From Perna viridis (lineage: Eukaryota), in the NCBI GenBank assembly GCA_037379345.1, contig CM074513.1, forward strand, positions 33,228,885 to 33,292,884: a DNA stretch of 64,000 bases, in the 5' to 3' direction. The position numbers and the translations under genes were made by a program. Each line of letters begins with the position of its first letter. Within the stretch, counting starts at the first letter, position 1. Below, piece after piece: positions 1 through 12,329 of this stretch. The notes under the pieces were generated by a model, which was given only the letters and a program-made list of their open reading frames with translations, did not search any database and was not told the origin of the DNA.

Positions 1-103
1 GTATCTATAATTATTGTAATTGTGAACTAAGACAAAACTTAATGAGCAGTGGGTAAATTATTTGCAGAAGTAATTACACACCCTCTCAGCCAGTACACTT
101 GAA

Positions 104-1210
104 TCACCTTGTCAGCCCATATGTTGGTCTGGCCGTTTGTGTGTGTGTCTGTCTGATATTGGTTGCAATTCTCAGCTCCCAGTCAATGGATTGATTTGAA
201 ATTTGTTGTGTGGCTTTGTAAACAATTTTAGTTGTTTCCTGATATAAACATCCTGTTTCGTGGATTTTTGTCATTTTTTCATTATATGGAATGATAGAGA
301 ATAACTTCATCACAAAAATCTCAGCTCCAAATGATGAGTTGACTTAAAATTTGGTGTTTGTCTTTTTAGAGATGTTGGCTGCAGCCTGATATCAACTTCC
401 TGTTTTCTTAGACTGTCAATTTTTCATTATATGGAATGATAGAGAAAATTTCATCACAAAAATCTTAGACTGAAATATTTGAAAAAGATATATGTGAAGC
501 AACATATCATTATACACAAAATTGGTTTGATATTTTATCCTTCAGATAACTGTTGGGTTGATGATTTGAAAAATGTGCTGAAATCAGTTCAACAATCAGA
601 TTGGAAACAAGTCATTCCATTGAGAGAAGATATCAGCTTGTGTCAGTTATCTCCCCTAGCTGATGTGCACAACTCCATAGAATTTAGTGTGAAAAGGAGG
701 GGACAGCTGAATGAAATCCAAGAGGTATTACAATTCTGATGAAATTTTGCTTTTGGAAATAATTTATGATAAAGAACACATTTTTTGTGTATTAAAAAGC
801 ACAAAAAAGATATTCTAAAATAGACCGCAGATGTTTTATGTTCCCACTCTACAAGTGAGTGATAAATTGGAATCACCTTATCCGTCTGTCACTCCATCTG
901 TCTGAATTCTGTCGCAACTACCCCAGCACCCAATAGATTGATTGATTTGAAATTTGGTGTCTGGCTTTATATAAATAGGGCATATGTTGTAAGAAATTTT
1001 GGATGCCTCTGATATCCACTTCCTGTTTCTTTGGACTTTGCCATTTTTCACTATATGTCATAATGGAAAAAAAATTTCATTACAAAAATCTTGATTCCCA
1101 CTGGATAGATTGATTTCATTTTTGGTGTGAGGCTTTATAAAGATGGGGCATATGTCAGTAGTGATTTTGGTTGCTGTCCAATATCAAGTTCTATAAAACT
1201 GGGGGTATAT
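104..1210 (+). repeat. Two decayed dispersed-repeat fragments (about 104-470 and 875-1210) built of ~140-150 bp subunits, flanking the first exon
   Basis: Recurring blocks aaaaatct-cagctcc, gatttgaaatttggtgt, ggctttat, ctgatatc-acttcctgttt; both start with atcacctt + tctgtctg-type simple repeat. Confidence 0.55.
546..724 (+). CDS. SMG5: SMG5 internal coding exon (first in window; gene starts upstream of window)
   Basis: Acceptor ttttatccttcag at 545, donor GAG|gtatta at 725. Translates (x)NCWVDDLKNVLKSVQQSDWKQVIPLREDISLCQLSPLADVHNSIEFSVKRRGQLNEIQE; LREDISLCQLSPL matches the EST1/SMG5 LPED-x-x-L-x-x-L-x-PL motif. Splices in frame to the next exon. Confidence 0.88.
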
Positions 1211-1632
1211 CTAGGACAACATTGCATGCAACTTCATGTGTTTGCTAGAATGGTATTTTAATGAATTTCTAGTATAATCATCTATTGGATAATAATTACT
1301 ACTTATGATCACTTGAGAAAAGTAATGAAGATATAGCACTGAAAATTTATATTAATCAGTGTTGGTACAATAATATATATACAATACTGATAAAAATAAA
1401 TAAATAAAACAAAGGTTAAAATATTTCAATACTGATTTATCACTTAGTAGCTATATTGTAACTATTTGAGGTTATAGCCTTATTCAATTAAAATTTTGTT
1501 TCATTTTTTAAGTGAAATATTTTTACATCATTAAGGTTAATATAATACTAAACATTCTTGGCACAACCTATATTTTGTATCTTGTAATATTCTGCTGAAT
1601 AATTTTTTTAGTATTTTACTGATAAATTGCAG

Positions 1633-1788
1633 ACGTTTCTCCGAATTGGATGTATCAGGCAGTTTGGTTACTTTCTTTCTGGTCTGGATACGGTACAATT
1701 TGGTTATGAAGAAACACAGGGTGTATTTGTTGGGCCATCACAGACAAATACAAGTTCTGGCAATGAGAAAGTCAATATGCAGAGAGTG
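1633..1788 (+). CDS. SMG5: SMG5 coding exon
   Basis: Acceptor ttgcag at 1632, donor GTG|gtgagt at 1789; 156 nt, phase 0-0. TFLRIGCIRQFGYFLSGLDTVQFGYEETQGVFVGPSQTNTSSGNEKVNMQRV resembles vertebrate SMG5 RICCIRSFGHF...GIFV. Confidence 0.92.
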
Positions 1789-3105
1789 GTGAGTCTATGA
1801 TCTTCTTAACTTTAGTGGTATATTTGAAATCTCCTTTAAATACTGGTAAATTTTACTTTGTCTTGTTGATCACATTAAGATTAACAAATCCTAGAATGTT
1901 ATTGTCAAGTGTATATGCATGTATTACAGGAATAGTTTGCAAAAAATGCAGTTATCAAACTTTTATTCTTAATCATACTGTGATGCTCTTTTGAAAAATG
2001 GGACCTTAAAATTCTAGTTGTTATATTATGGTGATAGAATATTACTAGACCATAAAATTTCTCTTAGATTGCATTGGAAAATTTGAGTTATCTCTCTTTT
2101 ACCTTAGTAGTAATCAAATTTTATTTCTCTGAATTGAACATTTTTTAAGCCTTATATGTTGTTGAATGATATTGTGGAAAGGGACAAATCAAGAAAAAAG
2201 TATGAGCAGTTAATCATATTTTTTTGTTATAATTGGTTACAATATTTATATATGACAGGTAGACTCTGCTGTGCCTTAGCATTACAGCTAATACTGTTGT
2301 AATGTACATCTTGTCTATTGTTATTGATTATTTTAGATAAATATCTCACAATGTAAAAAAAAAACAAGTCAAGTATTGATTTCAAATAACTATAAAACTT
2401 TTGATAATTTGGATATGCAATCAACATCACTGAATAACCAAATTATATCGTCATGGTATCATGATAGAATGAAGATTTAACAAGTGGACAGAACTTGTTA
2501 TTTAGATCTATGTGTTGTCTGTACCTGTGGTCTTATTTTAGGTATTTGCTCTTTCCAGTTAGTAACCTTTAGATAAAACCATTGAAATGAACTTAAAGCC
2601 TTTTATCAGTTTCATCATTTTGTAGAACAAATTAACAGTTTCTGCAGTTAAGTTGTAATGGTCAACATACTTAAGGGATTATCTAAAGGTTTCTCTGTGT
2701 TGTTCACAGATGGGGGAAATCTGAAGTGAACCATGAATCATAAGGTTGAGGTAAATCTGTAAAATTGTTTGTAACATCAAGATGAATAATATTTTCTATC
2801 TACTTAATGCTATATTTACACATGTCTGTGATTAGTAAGTAAAAAACTCCCTCCATTGAGACACTTAACTGAAACATGTTATAATGTTTTCAGGTTTATT
2901 TGCATAAATTTTCAGCATTTGTCATTATTTTCATGAGATGGAGGGCACTTTGTTTAATACTAATAAAAAATGTTTCTGTTATCAATATATAGATTCTCCA
3001 TCAGTAATAAGTTTTTTTCTTTACCTTATTCTTGATTAAAATTCTTTCTCCATTCATGATTTTCAAGATGCAAGCTTTAGCATGCATGTTAAGTAGCACT
3101 ACAGC

Positions 3106-3472
3106 TAAGGATCATGCAAAATGTGATTTATGGGTAAAAAGCCTACATATTTTTATTTTTGATATTTTGTTTGAGATGTCATAGTAAAAGAAATTAACGT
3201 GGTTTTTCATATAACCTGTGCTCTTAGGAGATAAAAATTATATAGAATGCACTGTAGATTTCAAAATTAAGGGAGATAACTCTGTAAAAGACGCTGAAAT
3301 ACATTAGAATCTACTGGATTATCAATGTTGGTTATCTCCTAAGAGCAGGCAGATTTGAATGAATAATTACACAATTCATAGTAAAGACCCATAAAACAAC
3401 TTGATTACAAAAATAAAAATATGTAGCCTTTTTTGGGGTTTATCACATTTTTCAGATTTTGCATGATTCTTA
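3106..3472. mobile_element. Palindromic (foldback) MITE
   Basis: Termini taaggatcatgcaaaat / attttgcatgattctta (1 mismatch); inner inverted pairs aaaaagcctacatatttttatttttg / caaaaataaaaatatgtagccttttt and tgctcttaggagataa / ttatctcctaagagca. Confidence 0.75.
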
Positions 3473-3689
3473 CAAAGACAGCTACTTAAAATCTTAATTG
3501 TACCATAGCAAGTTGAGAAGTAATCAAGAATACACTGAAGGAACTTGGAAAGTGTTAAATGTCAAGAAATCACTTGCAGAAATTTTATTATCACATGGTG
3601 GTGAAAAAGTCTTGTTAATTTTTAATGGGAGGAATAAAGTTAGATGTATGATATACTAAAGGAAGTACCAAATCTGAATTGAATGAACC

Positions 3690-4013
3690 TCCTTGATGGA
3701 CTCCAGGTAGTATACTTGCGTACAGTGCATGAGATGGAGGATTTGATCACTGGCCAAATCACATCAGACTTAGAATTGATAGTCACTGCTTCTATGCATG
3801 CAATATAAGGGATATAATTATGGCTGGATGGCGCAGAATGATGTGTCTAAGTGTGGTGGCATGCCTAACTGCAGGCTGTTGCTTCTATGAGATAGCACAA
3901 TAAAGATCTGACTCAACATGTTGGACTGGTACAAAGCATGGTTTGTTCAGTTGGTCATTTATTCTCACACTGAAATACATGAAATATCTACCATAATCAT
4001 TTAACTAATCAAT
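3690..4013 (+). mobile_element. Decayed tRNA-derived V-type SINE
   Basis: Body ...agacttagaattgatagtcactgcttct...atgtgtctaagtgtggtggcatgcctaactgcaggctgttgcttctatgagatagcac...atgttggactggtacaaagc resembles, from memory, the abundant mussel V-SINE with CpGs decayed; ends in aatcaatc tail. Confidence 0.55.
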
Positions 4014-4860
4014 CTGAGTTGTATTTAGTTGAAAGATAATGTGTCAACTCTAGACATTTGATTGTAATGTTAAATTTTCTTTTTTCAGTTAAACTGAATA
4101 TTAATGTGGTACTTGTACTAATTAAGCATAAGAATCAAATCAAAAGGAAAATTACTGACTGTACATGTAACAATCTAAAAAATACCAAGTTGGCAACTTA
4201 TCTATTTGGTACATAGAACACTGTGAATGTTTGTTGTTTTGTGGTTTCTGGATATATTCCCTGGGATTAATTAATATGATTAGTACTTCATTTTGTGAAA
4301 TATTATACTGGAGAGGGTATGTTTTGTCCAATGTGAATATTTAAAAAAATACCAGGCCATGAATATATTTCATATACAGTATCATCTAAATTGCTTGGCT
4401 TTTTTTCCTTTGGTTTCTTTTTTTATGTTAAAATATATTTCTATAGCAAAATATATAGATATTTGATAAGACTATGATATTATATTTAGAAATCCCAGAA
4501 GTTGTCAGACACATTATCTGATAGATGCCTTATATAGAAATGTTTCATCCCATCTTAATTGGCCTTCCTGTGTTTAATGTTATATCATAACCATTATAAC
4601 GGCTAATCAATACTATAAACTTTGATATCTACTTAAAAGGTTTAGTCAAGAGTTTAAAAAAACTCGATATTAAAAATAAATGATTAATTAAATATCAAAC
4701 GGCATATAAAAGTTTTCATTACTAAAGATTATTCTATGTAAATAGATACAGCAGTGGTTGTAGAAAACTACAATAATACAATACAATATAAAGACAAAGA
4801 CAGTTTGAATAAAAAAAAAATGAAACATACCATAATGGCTTCTATAAAAAATGACCTATA

Positions 4861-5228
4861 ATTACAGTAATAGAAACATTCTCTGGTAGTGACCTAATTT
4901 CCCAGTTTCTCTAGTTATTTTAAGTAATTACAGTAATAGAAACATTCTCTGGTATTGACCTAATTTCCCAGTTTCTCTAGTTATTTTAAGTAATTACAGT
5001 AATAGAAACATTCTCTGGTATTGACCTAATTTCCCAGTTTCTCTAGTTATTTTAAGTAATTACAGTAATAGAAACATTCTCTGGTATTGATCTAATTTCC
5101 CAGTTTCTCTAGTTACAGTAATAGAAACATTCTCTGGTATTGACCTAATTTCCCAGTTTCTCTAGTTACAGTAATAGAAACATTCTCTGGTATTGACCTA
5201 ATTTCCCAGATTCTCTAGTTATTTTAAG
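4861..5228. repeat. Minisatellite, 66-bp unit (some copies shortened to ~53 bp), 6 copies
   Basis: attacagtaatagaaacattctctggtattgacctaatttcccagtttctctagttattttaagta starting at 4861, 4927, 4993, 5059, then shorter copies. Confidence 0.95.
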
Positions 5229-8200
5229 ACCATTTTTTGTTTCAGTTTAATTCATTTTTTTATGTTTTATTTTTTAGTTTATAATTTAGAAATGAATAGT
5301 CCGTCTTTATTTAGAACAACATGATATGGATATTATGAGGCATTTTTTCATTTTTGTTCTATTTTTATGAGCCTATTCATGGAACACAATATTCAATCAT
5401 TATATGGCCATAAATATGAGTTGTTGAAGAAGACATTATCTCTGCATATTTCAGATATAAAGTACATTTGGATATGTGAAAATAAATGTAACAGTGAGAT
5501 TTGTGTATGTGAACAAAATTATCCTGCTATTGTTTACCTTGATACTGTACTAATTACTTGAAGGCTGTTTACTAATCATGCTGGATTTATTTGCATAAAA
5601 GCAGCATGTGACTGCTTCACTTTGTCCTATACTCCTAAGTCCGAGGACACAAATCGTGACAAACCATGATCGACAACGTAAACTTTACAGTCATACCCCA
5701 ATGTTGACACAGTGATATCTTCAAGTAATTTATCAACAATGTCTATTGACTGGAGTTTTCCATATAACACATTTTTGGTCAAGTAGTTATTGATAATCGG
5801 CAAATCTATTTTTGTCTAGGACTGTCACATGAGTATCATTATATAAATATTGAAACAAGCGATACTTGTTAAAGCACTTCATGTCAGAGCTCAGGATAAA
5901 ATTTCTGTCGAAAATATTTTGGTGTCCATTGTCCTAGCCAAGATGGCACGATAGAACATGATTTTAATGAATTTTTTGGGTTTTTTCTTTATTTTTATCC
6001 TAATGCACTGAGCATTGTAAATTTGTATTTCATTGGATAACATCATCAATTTTAGGGTATATATATCACATTGGTACCTTTGATTTTATTGAAGTGCAGC
6101 TCTCTTTTTATTAGTTGTAGTCATTATCTCATGGATATTTTGGATGGTAAAATAAGAAGGGCAAATCTGAGATAACTGAGTTATATATGATTAGATTTAT
6201 TTGTCATCATCAGTCTAAATTTGATGGTTGCAAATAACCTTTTACATACTTGTTGAACCATTGCGAGGCAACTGAATTTGCAACTATCAAATATTCAATT
6301 ATTATAGTTATTTCTTTATTCACATGTTTACTTCCTGTATTAGATAATCATGGATTCAAAGAATTAGGACAGAATAAAGTTTCTATTTCCGTGAATCTTA
6401 GTAGGGACTTAGATCTTTTGGAAAATATTTTTTCATGTAATTATGTCCTTGATAATTTTTTTACATATCATTTCAGCTAAAATTTGATTTCCAAAGTTTC
6501 AGTTTTTGCCCTTTTAATACTGAAAATGAAAGTATCTGAGAAAATCACTTACATGTATAATATAACAATGCTCCTATGCCCTTGAAAATTTTTAAATAGC
6601 ATACAGGTATTTTTCTGCACTTTGCAGCCTCATTTATTAAAAATTGAACAATTCTTGAAACTCCTACAATATACAATGAGTATTTTAATGGGAATATACA
6701 AGTAGGCATTGTCATCGGAAATGAGGATACTTGATAATCAATACATGGAGAAGATAGATAAAAAATCGGCTGGTGTCTTCCTTCCTTTTATCAGGAAGTG
6801 TATGTCATTCTATGACGAAGGCAGATTGTTTATCTTTAGATAAAAATTCTATAAGTAGTGTCATCTATCCGGAATATTTTACATAAGGGGATATGTTCTG
6901 AGTTCTGTCAAGTGCCTGTTAAGTATTGGTCCATTTTTATCTTCCAGGGGTTGTTTATGTCCACTGCGGAAGAATATTCTTAGAATGATTAACTTGTATG
7001 AAGTTTGGATGGCCAGCAAAATCATAATGATATTGACCGTAATCATTTTGTTTCTGGAAAAATGCAATGTCCTATCCTTAAGTCCATCTCTTTGGACATC
7101 CTTGTAACTTAGTGGTCATATCTTTTCTAAATAAGATCAAACACCATGGCTGATAAAAATGCTGGCGAGCTTGCAGAATTTGACTAACATGCAAATGAAT
7201 ACTATATAAATTTTTGAGCTAGGGTTTGTTATCAGAAATTTATATGGCAAAGACTGCCTTTGTTACCAGTACCTTATTTGTACCATGTATAATGAAGGTT
7301 TTCAGTTTTTTTTTTATCCTGTTTGGGTTCTGTATTACTTCATACAGTCATATTGTGACAGATTTATATTCTACATGTTGTGATCATCTTTCATATTTTG
7401 TGTAAGAAAAGCTGAACTTCTATGCATCAATATCCAGATCATTAAAGTGCTGTAACTACAAACAAATTCAATTATTTCACTTCAGATTCTTTTAGTTTAA
7501 AAAAAATTGAATGTTTTACAAATTGTCATCCTCAATAAGGTGCCGTATATATAATTATAGCACATTTCAAGAGATTTTGTAAAACTTGTTAAAATCAATT
7601 TGGTTTCAAGAACTTATCCACAAATAGAAACCCTTTTTATTTCCTGAAAATTTAATTTGGTAAGGAAACAAAAAACTGCACAGATAATATGTGTTTGATA
7701 GAAAGTAGACATAATTATAGACCTAAAAATTCCATCTTCTTGAGAACTCTAAGTGTTAATTCAGTTTTCTATTTAATTGCCTTTTCTGTATTACTGGAGA
7801 CAATAGATAGTTGCAAAACCTACTTGTGAAAATTCTAAATGTGAAATTCTTGTCAAAATATTGGATTGTCCCTAAATCTGTTTGCATATTGATAACAGAA
7901 AAATTTCAAGATCTTATCGATTTATGTCTTAATAAATCTTTCTGCAAATATTTACCTATAAGCCAAACATATCACACAATATGCCTTCCAGTTAGAGTGT
8001 TTAAATTATCAAGTAGTATTACTAAACACTCAAGTGATCTAGCCTTAGTTTCACAGTAATCTTTTATCCCCAATTCATAATTTATATTTGTTGGAGAATA
8101 ATTCATCAATATTTTGATCGATAACTTGACCTTATGGGACTGTATTTTTTTGTCTCTTGGTGTCATCTTCTGGTCTTAGACGATTCCGCTTACATTGATG

Positions 8201-11199
8201 TACAGATGTGTTATGTTCTATAGTTGTAGATAAAGCACAGTTTCTGGGGATATTGTCTCAGTACACCATCGTCAATTTGTAAGCTATTTTCTTTTCTCTG
8301 GTAAACACTCATCGTCAGTGCTAAGCAGATTTGCTGGGTATAGGAATGTAAGAGAACCCAGGCTGTTTACACAAAGTATAAGAGTCTTAACTGACAAATC
8401 ATGGCAGGCTTTTAGACAAGGTAAATTATTCTTGTCAAGTTAGCAGCCAAGTTATTTTCAATTGTACAGTACCAATACAAATGAAAAATGAATCAAAGCA
8501 GGGGAGCAAACTCTCAAGACCTTCATAGCAATATGATCCTAAAGCTAATCTCTCAAGTTTTCAATTATTGAACATTGTTTACTTTACAAATTTTATCTAT
8601 TTATGTTATGGTTAACACTGTTGACTAAGACATTAAGTCAACATTCAGTCCTTTGTTCGTTTAAATACACTTTATATAGAATATTTTGTCTGAAGAATGT
8701 ACGGGTCAACACTCCAAGCCCAATGTAGACCATAAATTACTGCAATTTGATAAACCCCCACTAAATTGAAGATTGGCCAACGAAAGAGTGGTGAGATCAC
8801 TTGTCAATAGATCTAATCAAAGTGGCTCCTGTTTTTGAAGTGTACGGATTCAGAAAATGAAACTTGGATCTCAGCGGACTCAGAACAATAACAGTAATAT
8901 TAGGATATTGTCTTGGGGGATCTTGATACCAATTTGATCAGAATACAACTAATAATATTGCCAATGTGTCTTTTGGGAAATCTCTCTTATAACATACTTG
9001 ATAATATTGGCATGACTGTCTTGGGAAATTCGATGCAAGTTCTTTGAGGCTCTGAGATATAGACGATTGTTTGTATCCCTTGTCTGTTCTATTGTTCACA
9101 GAACTGCTATTTTTTAATATTATTACATCAGAGAAAAGAAGATGTCGACTGTAACCTATTTCCATCTGTTTTCATTTAGATCTATTTTTCATGAAATGGT
9201 TCCGCTGACTGATTTTAGTGCAACAGCTTGAGATCTCTGCCAGTGATGGGACTTTTTAATGACTTATGTAAAGACTTTAAAGTTGTTTTCAACTCAGTGA
9301 AAATATGCAGCTCATCGAAAAAAGAAAATCCGATTAATCAGTGCTTTGTATTTAGCAATTCTTTTTGATTGTTTTTGTTGTAGACTTGAACCAATGAGCT
9401 AATAAGATCACCACTGTTAAAACTTCACTGTCTTTTAGTTCATTGGGGTTGAATTTATTTGAATTCTTTAGATTTCTTTTAAGTTAAGGAAAAGTGGATG
9501 AACCACTTCATATCTATAAAGAACAAATGACTGTCTGGCCTTTTGGAGATTCCTCAATTGTCTTTGTCTGTGACCTTCACCAAACTGTCAAGGTTGACCT
9601 CTACTATACTTTGTAGTACTAATTGTATATACCCATTTCAGGATTAACCTAAAACAATAAAAGGTAGGTAAGTATTAAAAGTAGGAGAAAATTACAAGTT
9701 ATTTTTACTATAAGCCTATGTAAGGACTTGTATTTATCATGGTTTTAAACTACTTAACAAAGCAATATGGTCTTAAGTAGCTTAGACCCATTAAAACTTT
9801 CTTGATTAAAAATGTTCAGTCTATGGATTAGAGTGCTTCATTACAATTCCATTTTAAGCTTCTTATTTTTATCTAATTTTCCAACACAAAACTTTAGAAT
9901 AGAGATGTATTGGAAAAAGATACTGTTTTATTGAACTTTCACTCCCTGATCCTCTTATTTTTACATAATTGTCTAAGGAGAAAAGACGAAGCTGATATTG
10001 AGTTGGGACCAGCTGGCAAACCATTGATTATTAGATGCAGGGGAAGTCAACATCATAGAATCATATCAAGTGATGTCGCATGGTCGATGCTCAAACATGG
10101 AACTAGATTAAAAAATGTTGATTTGACAAAGATGACGATTTAAGTATCGATTTTTTTGGTCTTTATTTGTGGAATGTGTAATGCAGTGTGCATTCATCAA
10201 AAAAAGATTTGTTGAAGCTATTTGCTTAATATGATGTGGTTGTTCTTTTTTTGATGCAGTTCAATTGATCATGTTTGTAGGCTGGTCTGTGTGGTATACT
10301 GGCTGTGTAATGTCAAAAATTCATTGATTTAGATTTGGGGCAGTTAAAACCAAGATCAGTTTCATGATTTTTTCCAGATGAATAAGTTTCATTTGGAATT
10401 GTTTTACAGATAGGTTCTCCAGTATGTCTCTGTTTTAATGAAACACAAGTTTTAAATGAAGAAAAAGCAAGAGAAGTGTTTTTTATAGTATTATGCTATG
10501 TCTTCAAACCTGAGAAAAAGTGATTTATATTGTGTATAAAACATTGAAGTATAAATGGTGTAAATAGTTCATCATATTTTTACAACTAAAAAGGGCGCTC
10601 TTTTGTATAGGAATAAGAATAATTTACTTTTTACAATAATGGTCCTAGCGTGGATAGTATTACACCCCAGCAGTATACAATAATGCAAAAAGGTCAGAAA
10701 TAAAACATAGATAACAGACAATACTGGCTTGACTAAATGTACAGGTAGTTGTAATTTTTAGTTTTACAGCATGCTTGCTTAGTAGGTGCAAAAGATTGGT
10801 GGATAACATTTCAGAGTATAATTTATACATGTGGAATGACTGCATGTCTAACACCACAGACTGACACCTCAGGCTGATATCTCATTGTTAGGTATCCTCA
10901 TATCCTGTATCCTAGTAACTGACCTCATACAAGCCAAGTTTGTAACTATCAGTATAATATGGAATTAACCATGTTGATCCAATTATTTAATCACTTTGAT
11001 GTAGCAAAGTTCTGGTGTCTTAATGTGTAGATATCTTTTTTTTAAACTGTAAAGGAAAGTTTAGTTTTACTTTGCATTGGGTTATATTGTTAATACAAAG
11101 TATTTTAGTTATTATTTAAAGTGAGTCTGGCTGGACCATGAGGATTGATGACTTTCAATATTTTTTTTGTACATTCAAGTTCCAATGTAGGATTGCATG

Positions 11200-11345
11200 G
11201 TGAAGGACTTTTACAGCTTGTTTTATGGTATGGGTCTTGCCCATCTTCGAAGACCATGTGGTGACCTGTAAAAGTTAAATTATTGCTTGGCATTTGGCAG
11301 ATGACTGTCTCATTGGCAATCATACCACATCTCCTCTTTATATAT
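11200..11345 (-). repeat. Fragment of abundant dispersed repeat (second copy at 32040-32300, + strand)
   Basis: Reverse complement gagatgtggtatgattgccaatgagacagtcatc...acaggtcacc...cccataccataaaacaagctgtaaaa matches 32048-32175. Confidence 0.75.
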
Positions 11346-11918
11346 TCTGGATATTTTTGTTGAAATTAAGCTATTATCTTCACATTAATTGGATAACAAT
11401 GCTTTAACCTATTCTTAGAAACACATTTTGTAATCCTCTAATCCTGGTGAACTACCAAACCTTTGTAAAGCTGTCATGAATTTTACTTATTTCAGGTTGA
11501 CATGTAATTTTTGTACTTCCGATCCATAAAATGCCCTGTAAATAATTTGAAGTATCATCTCCCACATCTATACGTGGGTTTATGACAAAACCTATTAACG
11601 TCTGTAACAGATCAGTGGTTACGTTTAATTGTCATAATTTTGTATCATTTTCTGTGCTAATAGTATGTGGTTATAGTTAGTGTCAAGTTCAGATCATGTC
11701 TCTATTATAAAAGTACATCATAGATTTTGGTTTAATATGAATAATAGCATATTTCAATTGTTTATTGTAGGTACATGTATTGTGAGTGTATAATTGAAAT
11801 CCATTAGTCGTTTTCATATGCCTGGTTTTTTTTTTAATTTAAAGCAATGGGAAGTAACTCACCAACCCTACATACTGGTTTACTGTCCAATTAGAGCAAT
11901 TTACAGCAGTAAACGGGT

Positions 11919-12329
11919 CCGGGGCATAGCTAGGCCTGTTTTAGTTGTACCCAAAATTACGGCGAGGGGTCTGGGGGGGGGGTGTCGCTCAAGGCCCCCA
12001 GTGAGTCCGGCAAAGCAAAGCCCTGAGGGAAACTCCTGAATTTTATTGATTTTGATGAAGAAGCCATTTTGAACTTCGAGTTCGTGCAAAACAAACTTTC
12101 AGAGAGTAAAATGTAAACGTATTTATACGGAAAAGTACAAAATTTCCGGAATTGATGGTTTTGATATCGCAAATTACTTTATGGTGTATATTGGAGTATC
12201 TTTATGTATTAAAAAGGATTTGTCATTGCATAAAACCTTTATTTCATCTTTAAAATGTGTGTTTTTATTTTTGTTAATTTTTCCAAAAGTACGCAACTGC
12301 GTATTTGTGTATAGGCAGCTACGCCCCTG
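11919..12329. mobile_element. Non-autonomous DNA transposon (MITE) with CAGGGGCGTAGCT-type termini
   Basis: Left ccggggcatagct, right agctacgcccctg; GC/CpG-rich core unlike the surrounding intron; no clear TSD. Confidence 0.6.

Noticed and set aside
479-739. Stand-alone 86-aa ORF (likewise 41782-42060 and 43848-44135)
   Set aside because: These are SMG5 exons extended into flanking intron sequence, not independent genes.
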